Below, in pieces: positions 29,663 through 39,358 of a stretch of 64,000 nucleotides of DNA (positions are counted from its first letter, which is position 1; each line of letters starts with the position of its first letter). Origin of the DNA: Roseibacillus sp. (lineage in GTDB: Bacteria; Verrucomicrobiota; Verrucomicrobiia; Verrucomicrobiales; Akkermansiaceae). The stretch lies in the NCBI GenBank assembly GCA_002715825.1, contig PBAI01000011.1, positions 9,020 through 73,019 on the forward strand, in the 5' to 3' direction. The notes under the pieces are model-generated. The model was not told the DNA's origin, ran no database searches, and worked only from the letters and a program-made list of their open reading frames with translations. The position numbers and the translations under genes were made by a program.

Positions 29663-31147
29663 ATGAATATTACCCGCTTTATCCCAGCTGCCGGACTCTC
29701 CTCCGCAGTATTCCTCCTAGGACTTTGCAAAGCCAGCGCCGAGGTGTCTGTTTCCAAGATCTTTGGAGATCACATGGTTCTTCAGCAGGAGGCGCCTATT
29801 AGAATCTGGGGTGCGGCCAAGCCGGGAGAACAGGTTATCGTGGGTGTTGCAGGGGGAGGGAATGCGCTCGTTAAAGCAGACGATTCGGGCCACTGGAAGG
29901 TTGAGTTACCAGCAATGAAAGCTGACGGAAAAGCTCATACCATTACCGTGCAGGGTTCCAAAGAGGCCGATAAGATCACCCTGAAAGATGTCCTTATCGG
30001 TGAAGTCTGGATCTGTTCCGGTCAGTCCAACATGGAGTGGAGCGTTCGTCAGTCCATGAATGCTGACCGGGAAATTTCGGGAGCAAAGCATCCCCAGATC
30101 CGTCTCTTCAACGTTCCGGGCCATGTTCGTAATGCGGAACCAATGGATGATCCAAGAGGGCAGTGGCAAATCTGCTCGCCCCAGACCATTTCAGGATTTA
30201 GCGCGGTGGGTTACAGCTTTGGAAGGGAATTACAGAAGAGTCTCAAGGTCCCTGTTGGACTTGTGGGGACAAACTGGGGAGGAACCCGAATTGAACCATG
30301 GACACCGCCAGTTGGCTTCAAGTCCGTCTCAAACTTGAAAGATTATGTGGAAAATCTGGATGCAATTGAGGCCGCCAAAAAAAGTGGAGGTAGTCGCCCT
30401 CGTCCCAAAGGAGGCGCAGTTGAGATTTTCAATGGGATGGTCGCCCCTCTCGTTCCGCTCAGTGTGCGAGGAGCTATTTGGTATCAAGGGGAGTCAAATG
30501 CTGGAGATGGGCTTCGCTACGAATACCTCAAGGAAGCGCTGGTGAACGGGTGGCGTTCTGTTTTCAAGAACGACAAGCTTTCATTCTACTGGGTGCAGCT
30601 AGCAAATTTTCAAGGGCCAAATGGAAACCCCGCGGGTGGGGGATGGGGTCCTGTGAGGGAAGGTCAAAGGAGAGCCCTGAGAGTGCCCGGGACGGGAATG
30701 GCAGTCATCATTGATATAGGGGATGCTCGTGATATTCACCCGAGGAATAAACAGGATGTCGGTAAGCGTCTCGCGCTATGGGCTCTGGCCAAGGACTATG
30801 GCAAAGAGATCGTGTTTTCAGGGCCTCTCTACAAGAGCATGAAGAAAGAGGGGGATGCCATAAGGATCAGCTTTGATCATGTGGGTTCAGGCCTGATCAC
30901 GGGCCGCAAGGAAGGCTTGAATCCAGTTATGGAAGTCGGTGGAGGCCAGCTTGGGCATTTTGCTATTCAGGGGGCGGACGACAAGTGGCACTGGGCTAGC
31001 GCAAAAATTGATGGAGAGACCGTGGTTGTTTGGAAGGAAGGATTAAAGAACCCCAAGCATGTCCGCTTCGGATACGAGTCCAATCCAGCGACGATCAACC
31101 TTTACAATAAGGAGGGCCTTCCGGCATCTCCGTTCACGACTGATTAG
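29663..31147 (+). CDS. Sialate O-acetylesterase-like (SASA/DUF303 family) carbohydrate esterase
   Basis: Signal peptide. GEVWICSGQSNMEW and WYQGESN catalytic-region motifs; 494 aa. Confidence 0.8.
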   Translation: MNITRFIPAAGLSSAVFLLGLCKASAEVSVSKIFGDHMVLQQEAPIRIWGAAKPGEQVIVGVAGGGNALVKADDSGHWKVELPAMKADGKAHTITVQGSKEADKITLKDVLIGEVWICSGQSNMEWSVRQSMNADREISGAKHPQIRLFNVPGHVRNAEPMDDPRGQWQICSPQTISGFSAVGYSFGRELQKSLKVPVGLVGTNWGGTRIEPWTPPVGFKSVSNLKDYVENLDAIEAAKKSGGSRPRPKGGAVEIFNGMVAPLVPLSVRGAIWYQGESNAGDGLRYEYLKEALVNGWRSVFKNDKLSFYWVQLANFQGPNGNPAGGGWGPVREGQRRALRVPGTGMAVIIDIGDARDIHPRNKQDVGKRLALWALAKDYGKEIVFSGPLYKSMKKEGDAIRISFDHVGSGLITGRKEGLNPVMEVGGGQLGHFAIQGADDKWHWASAKIDGETVVVWKEGLKNPKHVRFGYESNPATINLYNKEGLPASPFTTD

Positions 31148-31150
31148 GAA

Positions 31151-31168
31151 GTCGGCCCTGTTGCCGAC
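31151..31168 (+). terminator. Possible weak stem-loop just after the esterase stop
   Basis: gtcggc-cctgtt-gccgac: a 6-bp perfect stem (7 bp with the flanking a/t pair) and a 6-nt loop, 4 nt after the stop at 31147. No U-tract follows, so terminator function is doubtful. Confidence 0.2.
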
Positions 31169-31299
31169 TGCCGTGCTGAAACTTCCCAGGAGATTTCTAT
31201 GCACGGGTTTGCGCCTCGGAGGTAGCTACAACTTTTTCAAACTTGTGTCTCAGCGGGTTTGAGAATCTGAATGCGTGCCATGAAATTCCTTAGACCAAG

Positions 31300-31773
31300 G
31301 TGGGGCTGCTGCCTTTGTTGGTCTCATCTTTTGTATATGGAGCGGAGAACTTGAGTTGGCACGCCTCCGGGAAAGGCGGTGCGGTGGTCGCCGAGAATCC
31401 ACAGGCGATCAGCGTGGCGGGCGGAGACCTGCAGGACCAGACGACCTTGAACTGTCTGCTAAACGTGATCGAATTTGGAATGGATCCCAAGCAAGCAGTA
31501 TCCTGTGCACGTTTCAGTACACGGCACCATGAGAACTCCTTCAATCCTGCTCGGACGCGTGAGATTTACGGGCTGGGGCATGTGACGCTGCAGAGTACAG
31601 TCCGGGAGTCAATAGTCAGGAACCTCTCGGCGCGTGGGCATCGGGTAGTGGAAGCGGAGGGTGCGATTGCGGCTCCCGTTATGCTGTTTCTTGATCGGGA
31701 AAGCGAGCTTCTGCATGCGGCAGGCGATCCGAGAGCTGGTCGCCACGCTGCAGTGCTTCAACCGGTGGAATAG
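31300..31773 (+). pseudogene. ggt: Gamma-glutamyltransferase C-terminal remnant (small-subunit tail only)
   Basis: The 157-aa ORF aligns by eye only with the last ~130 aa of GGTs (TTLNCLLNVIEFGMDPKQAVSCARF...AAGDPRAGRHAAV). An in-frame TAG lies at 31291, and I see no GGT-like sequence in that frame upstream. Confidence 0.6.
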
Positions 31774-31803
31774 TTCAGATCCCGACTGGCGCGGAAGCAG
31801 GAA

Positions 31804-32595
31804 TCAGGACGACCAGTTGGTGCCGAATTCCGGGTAAAGGGTGAGGCCGCCATCAATGAAGATCGTCTGCCCAGTTATGTAGGACGCATCGTCAGAGCAG
31901 AGGTAGGCGGTCAAACCTGCCATTTCCTCCGGGGTGCCTGAGCGTCCCATAGGAATATGGCTTTCAACGTCTGCACGGGCTTTGGGATCGTTGATCCAAG
32001 CACGATTGATAGGCGTGATGGTAGCTCCAGGGGCTACGCCGTTGACCCTGATTCCGTGCGGTGCATATTCCAGAGCCAGCGTTCGTGTGAGATTCTGCAT
32101 TCCACCTTTGCTGGCGGAGTATCCGATAAATCCGGGCTTGGGAATGATTTCGTGAACACTTGAGATGTTTATGATTACTCCGGGTCTGCTCTCTTGACGA
32201 AGGTTCGAAAGGGTGCGCTGCGCGCAGTGGAATGCCCCCGTCAGATTGGTAGCGAGGATCGCTTCAAACTCGCTGCGAGAGGTTTCATGACTTGGGCACT
32301 CGGCCTGCCAGGCCGCATTATTGATCAGGATGTCGATCCCCCCCATTTCGTCCAGAAAATGGTCGAACATGCTGTCTACCGAGCTCTCATCGGCAAGATC
32401 AGCCGGGAGGAGAATGGGCGAGTGTCGGGAGCCGGCACCCTGAATGACGTCCATTGTTTCCTGAGCGCCTTCTCGACTTCGGAAGAAGTTGATTCCCACG
32501 CGGCCCCCTTCTGCTGCGAGGCGGATGGCAATCGCCTGACCGATTCCTGAGCTAGCTCCAGTTACGAGGATGCGCTTGTCTTCAATGCCGTTCAT
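31804..32595 (-). CDS. SDR family oxidoreductase (glucose 1-dehydrogenase-like)
   Basis: TGASSGIGQAIA cofactor motif, NNAA, and the YSASKGG catalytic YxxxK; 263 aa. Confidence 0.85.
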   Translation of the reverse strand: MNGIEDKRILVTGASSGIGQAIAIRLAAEGGRVGINFFRSREGAQETMDVIQGAGSRHSPILLPADLADESSVDSMFDHFLDEMGGIDILINNAAWQAECPSHETSRSEFEAILATNLTGAFHCAQRTLSNLRQESRPGVIINISSVHEIIPKPGFIGYSASKGGMQNLTRTLALEYAPHGIRVNGVAPGATITPINRAWINDPKARADVESHIPMGRSGTPEEMAGLTAYLCSDDASYITGQTIFIDGGLTLYPEFGTNWSS

Positions 32596-32651
32596 TGCAG
32601 CGTAGGATGGTAGGTTACCAGCGTGCTGGCGATCCTGTAATTCCGCAGTCG

Positions 32652-34043
32652 TCAGCTCAGGCCCTTGATTGGAGAGGCGCTGGTGACCAGTTGGTGGATG
32701 TCACGTGGGAGATTTTCCATGAGGCGAACCTGACCAACATCCAGAAGGGTGTGCATTATGGTTCCGATAAGATTTTCAGTCGTGACAGCGTTCGAGGCGG
32801 GTTCTCCTGCATCGGCTGAGGATTCACCGATTACTTGCCCCATTCGAAGCCCACCGCCGGCGAGCATCAGAGGAGCCAGTCGGCCCCAGTGGTTTCGTCC
32901 GCCGTTTTTCTGCAGTTTCGGCGTGCGACCCATTTCCCCGCAGCAGACGAGGAGAATCTGGTCACTTAGACCACGGTCATGGAGATCATCCAGAAATGCC
33001 GACACTGCATGATCAAAGGGGACTCCACAATAATCCATGCCCTCGGCAGCGCCTGCGTTGTTCTTGTCGGAATGAAAGTCCCACACAAAGTTGGTGGTAA
33101 CTGTAACGAAACCAGCTCCACGCTCGCAGAGACGCCGTGCGAGCAGCATGAGTTTGCCGAGGGTTTGGCCATGGTCCCTGTAATTCCGATGGTTGTTCCA
33201 CGATTTGCTGATTGAATTGGGATTGATCAGAGGAGCGGTGTCATATCGTGCAATAGTTCTGGGGTCTTCTCCGGAGAGGTCGAAGGCCTCGGAAATACCA
33301 CCAGTTATCATATTAACGGCCTGCTTCTGCAGCTCTCCGAGCCCATCGGCGGCACCATTGTCAATGGCTCTTTTGAGTCGATCCATCTTGTTGAGAAGAT
33401 ACATGCGGTCCTCGAGGCGCTGTCGGGACATCCACATCGTCATGTCTCCCTGCAGGCTATTTTTTGCGCTTCCCGGCGCGAAGGGCGCACAGGAGGCTCC
33501 AGCTGTGCCATGTGCAAGGAGATCACCGAATTGCTTGACGCGTTCCTGAGAATTCTCGTCCACAGCCCGGGGGAAAAGAGCGACGTTCCGGGGCATGCCG
33601 GTGGTTGGAACATTCGCCCCTGCGATCCTGGAAAAGAGCGATCCGATGTTGGCTCCCAGAGAATCTTTTCCCACGATGGGTTTTATGTCGTGGTTCCCAT
33701 TTCCGGTGGTGTAAGACCTTACAATGGCGAGTTGGTTTGCCCTTTCAGCAAGCTTTTCAAACGTACTGCCGAAGGTTACTCCCGGAATGGAAGTCTTCAC
33801 CTCACCTGTGGAGCTGCGAATCTCGGCTGGCGCATCCATTTTTGGATCAAAGGTCTCCTGCTGGGGAGGGCCGCCATGCATGAAGAGAAAGACCACAGAT
33901 TTGTTCTTCAGTGGGATTCCCGCCTTTGCGGCAGCGGCTCGCCAGCCTATCAACTGTGAGAGGGAGAGTCCTCCAAGGCTCAGGCCTCCTACTTGCAGAA
34001 AGGAGCGGCGGCTATAGGGGCTGGAGTCTGCAAAGGTAATCAT
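32652..34043 (-). CDS. DUF1501 domain protein, Tat signal (short subtype)
   Basis: SRRSFLQVGG. HGGPPQQETFDPK, CGEMGRTP and GRNHWG motifs. The start ATG overlaps the upstream stop (ATGA at 34040-34043). Confidence 0.88.
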   Translation of the reverse strand: MITFADSSPYSRRSFLQVGGLSLGGLSLSQLIGWRAAAAKAGIPLKNKSVVFLFMHGGPPQQETFDPKMDAPAEIRSSTGEVKTSIPGVTFGSTFEKLAERANQLAIVRSYTTGNGNHDIKPIVGKDSLGANIGSLFSRIAGANVPTTGMPRNVALFPRAVDENSQERVKQFGDLLAHGTAGASCAPFAPGSAKNSLQGDMTMWMSRQRLEDRMYLLNKMDRLKRAIDNGAADGLGELQKQAVNMITGGISEAFDLSGEDPRTIARYDTAPLINPNSISKSWNNHRNYRDHGQTLGKLMLLARRLCERGAGFVTVTTNFVWDFHSDKNNAGAAEGMDYCGVPFDHAVSAFLDDLHDRGLSDQILLVCCGEMGRTPKLQKNGGRNHWGRLAPLMLAGGGLRMGQVIGESSADAGEPASNAVTTENLIGTIMHTLLDVGQVRLMENLPRDIHQLVTSASPIKGLS

Positions 34044-36841
34044 TTCGAGGCTGTCTCAGTAGAGGCCTTTCCTGGCGAAGGAAAGGAGTAGAGAAGCTTG
34101 CGATCGTTGGACTGCCAGACACGCAGAATTCCATTCTCACCACCTGCGAGAATGAGGGATCCATCGGCGCTGACAGCGGAGTCGTATATGAAATCGTCGA
34201 TGCCTGGCAGATTCTGCCCTCCGGCTTTCAAAAGCCTGTCCCCACCTCCTGTCACAATGGTTTCACCGGTTCCAACGAAGGCGATCGTGGTTAGCTCTTT
34301 TTTGAAGCCAGCCTCGGTTTTTTTCTGCTTCCGCGTTGCGACGGTCCAAAGCTTGGCGACATGATCTGCTCCAGCGGAGGCAATGGTTTCACCATCAGCA
34401 CTCCAGGCGACATCCAGAACATGACTGGTGTGTCCCTCCAGTTGGGCGAGCATCTCCTGATTGCCGACTTCGTGGATTCGGATATATCGGTCTGTAGAGG
34501 AGGACGCGATTCTTTTGCCGTCGGGAGAAAACGCCAAGCCGGTTATCGTGTCCTCGTGAGCCTTAATGACTCCCTGAATCTGTTCCTCATCAATGTTCCA
34601 AAGAGTCAGCGACCCATCCCGGGAAGGAACCCCTGAGCCAGCTGCGAGGAGCTGCCCTTCGGGGTGAAAGGCGAGGGAAAGGACGCGATCAGAGAAAGGC
34701 TCCTCGCGCTTCTGGTCCCCGAGAGTTGTCCGAAGTTTCCAAAAAGAGGTCTGGGTCCAGTGGAGAAGCCCCTTTTCCGAAGTTGAAGCGAGAATATGGC
34801 CTCCAGCGCCGAATATGATGGAGGAGACGGGAGATGAATGGAGGACATCAAGGGGCTGTCCGGTAACTGTACTCCACAGGCGAAGCCCGCGTTCATCGGT
34901 TCCAACCGCCAGCAAATTGCCATCTGGTGAGAAAGAGAGTGTAGTTATCTGATCCATCTCGAGCTGGGAGGCCCTCTCTTCGATTTCCTTGAAGGAGGCT
35001 TCATGCCGAGCGAGTGATTCATTGGCCTGGACCGAAGCGGATTCTGCAGCCTGCAGTTGCTCGGTGGCTCGGGCAGTATCTTTTATTGTAAGATCCCGGG
35101 TTCGTTCGGCGTTTCGAAGATTGCGCTCGGCGGTGACAAGATCATTTGCGGCCTTGGTTGCCTCTTCAGCAGCTTTCTTTGCTGCAGCCTGAGCCTCTCC
35201 GAGGGCCGAATCACTACTGGCTTCAAGCTCCGCGACGCGTTTTTTCGAGGCCTCGTCAATCTGGCGTTTTTCTGTCGCAATGACTTCCTTGCCGCCGAGA
35301 TCCTTTTGAGCCTCTGCGACTTTGCTGGAATCATTCTGGGCCTTGGTTTTGAGCTGCTCGAGTTCCTTCGCTATTCCTTCTGCCTGTTTTTTGCGAAGTT
35401 CTGTAATACGCTTGGCCAACTCGAGATCCTGACTCGACCGGGTTCGCTGCTGTTGGAAATCCAGATCACCCTTGAGTTCTTGCTGCAGCTTGCCGTCCTG
35501 AATGGACCAGATCTTGATCACCCCGTCTGCTCCCGCAGTGGCGAATTGCTTGGTTTCGTCGTGGAACGCAACTGCGCGGATAGATCCCCCGTGATTGGAT
35601 GTCCGGATGACGCGTCCCGTCGAGTCCCGTAGCTCGAGGAGACCCTCACTGCTCGCAGAGAGTAGTTGTTGGTCCCTGTCGCCAGTCGCGTAAAGAGCCA
35701 TGATCTGCCCTGCGGCTTTCCATTCGGTCTGGTCTGCGGTCTCACGAGGAGCGGCGGCATCCGCTGCGAAATCATCCAGAGGGATAAGTCGGATAGAGCC
35801 ATCCGCACCACCGACAGCGAGCTTGGAGCCTTCAGCAACTACTGCAAGACTTCGGCCTCCGGAAGGCGTGTCCACGCGGGAGGTCTGAGCGGGATCAGAG
35901 AGGTTCACACGGATTATGGCCTTATCGTCAGATGCAGAGAAAAGGTATTTTCCGTCGAGAGAATACTGGAGAGCTTTGATCGCGGTCTCGTGCAGTTTGA
36001 GCAGAACCGGGTTCTCAGGTTGGTCGAGATCCAGAATGGCAACATTTCCTTTGCTATCCCCGGCAGCAGCTTTCGTGGTGCCGGAATGGGCGGCAAGGAC
36101 GGTGGCAGCTTCCTGCAGAGGGAGCACCAGAGCTGCGGGAGGCACAACGCTGCGCTCCCATAATTTGACTGAGCGATACCCTCCAGAAGCGAGTGTTCCC
36201 TGGGAATTAAAGGCCAGAGTGTGAACGAGATCACGATGGGCGGTGCCGGGACTTCCAGAAGGGTCAACAAGTTCTGCGTCAAGATTACCGGAGCGCAGAT
36301 CGTAAACGTGCAGCCGATTTCCGTTACCGGTGGCCGCGAAGCGGGCATTATCCGAAATTGCGACAGCGTAACTCGAGTGAACACCTTCCAGGGGCTCCCA
36401 CTCTATTGGCCCGGCAAGGATGGAAGAAGAGTTACCTTCACCACCCTGCTCGATCCAAAGTCTCAGAAGTGCGAGTTCTGCAGGGTTGAGGTTGGAAGCA
36501 TTCGACTTGTTGTTATTTGGAGGCATGAATTCCTCCTCGAGATGAGCCGCCGTTGTAAAAAGGAGGCTCTCCATTGGTTTGCCAGGAACGAGAGCGGGAC
36601 CGCTGTCTCCTCCAATTAGCATTTCCTCCGGAGATTCCAGATTGAGATCTCCCCTGGCCTTCTGCTCATTGTGACAGGCAAAGCAGTTTTTGCGCAGAAA
36701 GGGAACAACCTCCTTGGCGAAGTCGACTTTAGTGCTCCGCGTCAGGTCGGCTATTGGCAGACCCTCTTCGGCAACGACGCGCTGGGACTCTGTCAGGGCG
36801 AGACCAACAATAATGGAATAAAATATAAAAGGGGATCTCAT
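34040..36841 (-). CDS. Planctomycete cytochrome c domain / WD40 propeller protein with a central ~175-aa coiled coil
   Basis: Sec signal and CFACH motif with LNLESPEEM...MPP. WD40-like repeats lie on both sides (e.g. VLSLAFHPEGQLLAAGSG..., ITGLAFSPDGKRIASSSTDRYIRIHEV, VLDVAWSADGETIASAGADHVAKLW). An Ala/Glu/Lys-rich heptad-like segment is encoded at about 34955-35480. Confidence 0.85.
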   Translation of the reverse strand: MRSPFIFYSIIVGLALTESQRVVAEEGLPIADLTRSTKVDFAKEVVPFLRKNCFACHNEQKARGDLNLESPEEMLIGGDSGPALVPGKPMESLLFTTAAHLEEEFMPPNNNKSNASNLNPAELALLRLWIEQGGEGNSSSILAGPIEWEPLEGVHSSYAVAISDNARFAATGNGNRLHVYDLRSGNLDAELVDPSGSPGTAHRDLVHTLAFNSQGTLASGGYRSVKLWERSVVPPAALVLPLQEAATVLAAHSGTTKAAAGDSKGNVAILDLDQPENPVLLKLHETAIKALQYSLDGKYLFSASDDKAIIRVNLSDPAQTSRVDTPSGGRSLAVVAEGSKLAVGGADGSIRLIPLDDFAADAAAPRETADQTEWKAAGQIMALYATGDRDQQLLSASSEGLLELRDSTGRVIRTSNHGGSIRAVAFHDETKQFATAGADGVIKIWSIQDGKLQQELKGDLDFQQQRTRSSQDLELAKRITELRKKQAEGIAKELEQLKTKAQNDSSKVAEAQKDLGGKEVIATEKRQIDEASKKRVAELEASSDSALGEAQAAAKKAAEEATKAANDLVTAERNLRNAERTRDLTIKDTARATEQLQAAESASVQANESLARHEASFKEIEERASQLEMDQITTLSFSPDGNLLAVGTDERGLRLWSTVTGQPLDVLHSSPVSSIIFGAGGHILASTSEKGLLHWTQTSFWKLRTTLGDQKREEPFSDRVLSLAFHPEGQLLAAGSGVPSRDGSLTLWNIDEEQIQGVIKAHEDTITGLAFSPDGKRIASSSTDRYIRIHEVGNQEMLAQLEGHTSHVLDVAWSADGETIASAGADHVAKLWTVATRKQKKTEAGFKKELTTIAFVGTGETIVTGGGDRLLKAGGQNLPGIDDFIYDSAVSADGSLILAGGENGILRVWQSNDRKLLYSFPSPGKASTETASK

Positions 36842-39345
36842 TTCGGAGCATCTTTCGGAGTTGGGTGCACCAGCACGGTAATCAACTTTGAGTGGATTGT
36901 ATGCTTACGGTCTTTCTCCTTGGCGATATCATTTGCCCGTTTCAAGCGTTCAGAGGCCGTTTGCCTGGCAGCAGCAGCACGCTTCAATTTTTCGTCTGCG
37001 GCTGCAGCGAATTTCCGGGCCTCTTCAAAGAGTAATTTTTTGGCTACTACTGATTTTTCGAGAGTTTCCCGGGCTTCTACTGAGGCGGCGGCACGGTTTT
37101 TTTCCGCTTCCTGCAAAGCTTGCTGGGCGCGGGCTATTGCGGTCTTGGATTCTTCAGCTTCCTTCTGTGTTTCCTTTTCCAGTTGAATGATTCTGGCTTC
37201 CTCTGCTTGAGCTCGTTCTACCGAGGAAAGGTTGTGCCTGTGTTTTATAGTAGTCTCACCGCGAAGGCTGAAGGTCCACAGCCCAGGCGTGGCCTTGAAC
37301 TCAGCAGTGTCGCCAAACGTGATTGCCACGTTTCCTCCGCCAGCGTCCTGTTTCAGTTTTACTGAGGGAGGCTTAGTGTGAGGAAGACCGTGAACTCCGA
37401 CCAGCAGGTCGCCTTTCAGTCCCATGGACTTTTTAATCTTGAATGGAATTTCCAGTTTTTCTCCAAGGGTTACCTCATAACGATCCGAAGCTGGCTGAAT
37501 AATCAGCGGTGCCGGTTCGTCTGCGGTAACAGAGAGAGGAAGCTGACAGGAAAGACGAGATCGGGTGAACTCGGTATCTCGATTGCCGATGGACCAGGAG
37601 ATGGTCCCGGGACGGGCAGTCCGTCTGGTATCACCTGCCGTTCCGACCACTCTCACGAAACCTTGCCAGTTGTCTACCTCCTCGGTCCCATAAAGAACCA
37701 GCGTTGCAGAATCTTTCCCCGCTGGAAGGATAACCGGGGGACACTCAATTCCATTCGGGAGCCCTTCCACTGAGAGTGAAATGGAATTCTTGAATCCATT
37801 TCTACGGATCGCAAAGACTCTGAGGAGAGTCGTTCCGCCTCGCCTGATTACCGCACTATACCGGGAGATAGCCTTGGTGGCCTTTTCGGGGGCTGCATAC
37901 CATGCAGTGGTCAACAGATCGTAATCAGGTGCGCCTGGATGGATTATCAGGCGGTAAAGATCCGCAGGGCTGCCACCACCGGTGTAATCGTGAATCCGGA
38001 GGCGGTAAATGCCATCACTTGGAGGCGTAAAGAGCAGCGAGCAATCATGGTTTTGCAATGGAAAATTGAGTCCTCCCGGATTGCCCCCTGAGTCATCGTT
38101 GCCGGTGATTTCCTTGAAACTTTCAATCCCCTCAGCATCTACGGTAACGCGGTCTATCCACAGGACGGGATCAGAGCCCGCCCGGATCCGGCTCGCAATA
38201 CATTCGATCCAGAGAGGCTGACCCTCTTTGGCTTCGAACCGATATTGGTCGAGGTCTCCCTTGGAGTCAAAACGAGCGTGGGTCTCGCTGGGAATTTGGA
38301 TTGCCTGCTCCTGCCCCTCATTTTCCTCGATAACCGGGAAACGGGAAAAACCAATGCGGATAGGATTTGATCTCCTGCCATTCAGCTCCAGGCGCCATGT
38401 CATTCCGGGAACAAGAGACGAGTAAATTCCCCCTGTTTCCAGTTCGAGAGCGTCCTCGTGATTCAAGGGAATCTCAACCTCGATACTCTCCAGTTCCTCG
38501 TGTCCGAGTCGGATCCCTTCGCCGGGGCTGCCTCCTGGAAGATTGCGTCCATAGATCTTGAATTTCCCAGTGCTACCATGGGGCCCTGCAGGGGGGTCGA
38601 TAAAGTCGATGTGAGGAGCATCGGTTACAATCAATCGGTAGGGGTAATGCACGCCGCCCGCGTAGGTGAAATCGTAGACCCGGAGCAGGTAGTGACCGTC
38701 CTCGGGTGCAGTAAAATCAAGAAGGGGATCCCGCCCACTGGTGTCCCTGTCGGACTTGTATTCGTGTCCACCACTGCTCGCGATGGATATCGTGGCATCC
38801 ATCCGGGAGTCGATGATTTCAGCCTCACAACGGATAATGACACGCTGTCCCTGCTTGAGGCTGACTTTGTAATGGTCTACCGCCGCAGCATCGGCATGTC
38901 CGTTGATCACTGTGTTGATCGGGACTTCTTCTGCCGTTTCGGGTGAGTGATTGACCTGATGAACCTTCTCCGGAAAGGAGCTTACCGCAAAGGCACGCGG
39001 TGCAGTCATGCCGAGCCGGGTTGCGGCGATTACTTCGTAGACGCCGGGAGCCACATCTGGTGCCACAGAAACCAGGTAGTTAAGCGCTTTGTGGCCGGCA
39101 GGGGTGAACTCGGTAGCTTTCGTAGGGACTTGCTCGCACTTGATTCCTGGGTGCGAAAAAAGCAGCCCTGTGGTCTCTTCCAGTTCAGACCCTCCGATAA
39201 CGACTTCCACGGTCTGTCCAGCTTGGCCACCTTGCGGGAAGATGGTTTGGAGATCAGGATGAGGGAGCTGAGCCTTCGCTAAAGAGGCTCCAACAAGGAG
39301 GCAAGAGGTGAGGATGTTCCGCCTTCTGGTATTTGAGATAGTCAT
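36838..39345 (-). CDS. Secreted protein with two [Ig-like + pre-peptidase C-terminal (PPC)-like] units and a C-terminal coiled coil
   Basis: Signal peptide. Two similar blocks (DHYKVSLKQGQRVIIRCEAE...APEDGHYLLRVYD and DQYRFEAKEGQPLWIECIAS...PPSDGIYRLRIHD). The C-terminal ~100 aa is rich in A/E/K/R (encoded at about 36900-37225). The stop overlaps the next start (ATGA). The domain assignment is by eye only. Confidence 0.6.
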   Translation of the reverse strand: MTISNTRRRNILTSCLLVGASLAKAQLPHPDLQTIFPQGGQAGQTVEVVIGGSELEETTGLLFSHPGIKCEQVPTKATEFTPAGHKALNYLVSVAPDVAPGVYEVIAATRLGMTAPRAFAVSSFPEKVHQVNHSPETAEEVPINTVINGHADAAAVDHYKVSLKQGQRVIIRCEAEIIDSRMDATISIASSGGHEYKSDRDTSGRDPLLDFTAPEDGHYLLRVYDFTYAGGVHYPYRLIVTDAPHIDFIDPPAGPHGSTGKFKIYGRNLPGGSPGEGIRLGHEELESIEVEIPLNHEDALELETGGIYSSLVPGMTWRLELNGRRSNPIRIGFSRFPVIEENEGQEQAIQIPSETHARFDSKGDLDQYRFEAKEGQPLWIECIASRIRAGSDPVLWIDRVTVDAEGIESFKEITGNDDSGGNPGGLNFPLQNHDCSLLFTPPSDGIYRLRIHDYTGGGSPADLYRLIIHPGAPDYDLLTTAWYAAPEKATKAISRYSAVIRRGGTTLLRVFAIRRNGFKNSISLSVEGLPNGIECPPVILPAGKDSATLVLYGTEEVDNWQGFVRVVGTAGDTRRTARPGTISWSIGNRDTEFTRSRLSCQLPLSVTADEPAPLIIQPASDRYEVTLGEKLEIPFKIKKSMGLKGDLLVGVHGLPHTKPPSVKLKQDAGGGNVAITFGDTAEFKATPGLWTFSLRGETTIKHRHNLSSVERAQAEEARIIQLEKETQKEAEESKTAIARAQQALQEAEKNRAAASVEARETLEKSVVAKKLLFEEARKFAAAADEKLKRAAAARQTASERLKRANDIAKEKDRKHTIHSKLITVLVHPTPKDAPK

Positions 39346-39358
39346 ACCAGTTGGACAG

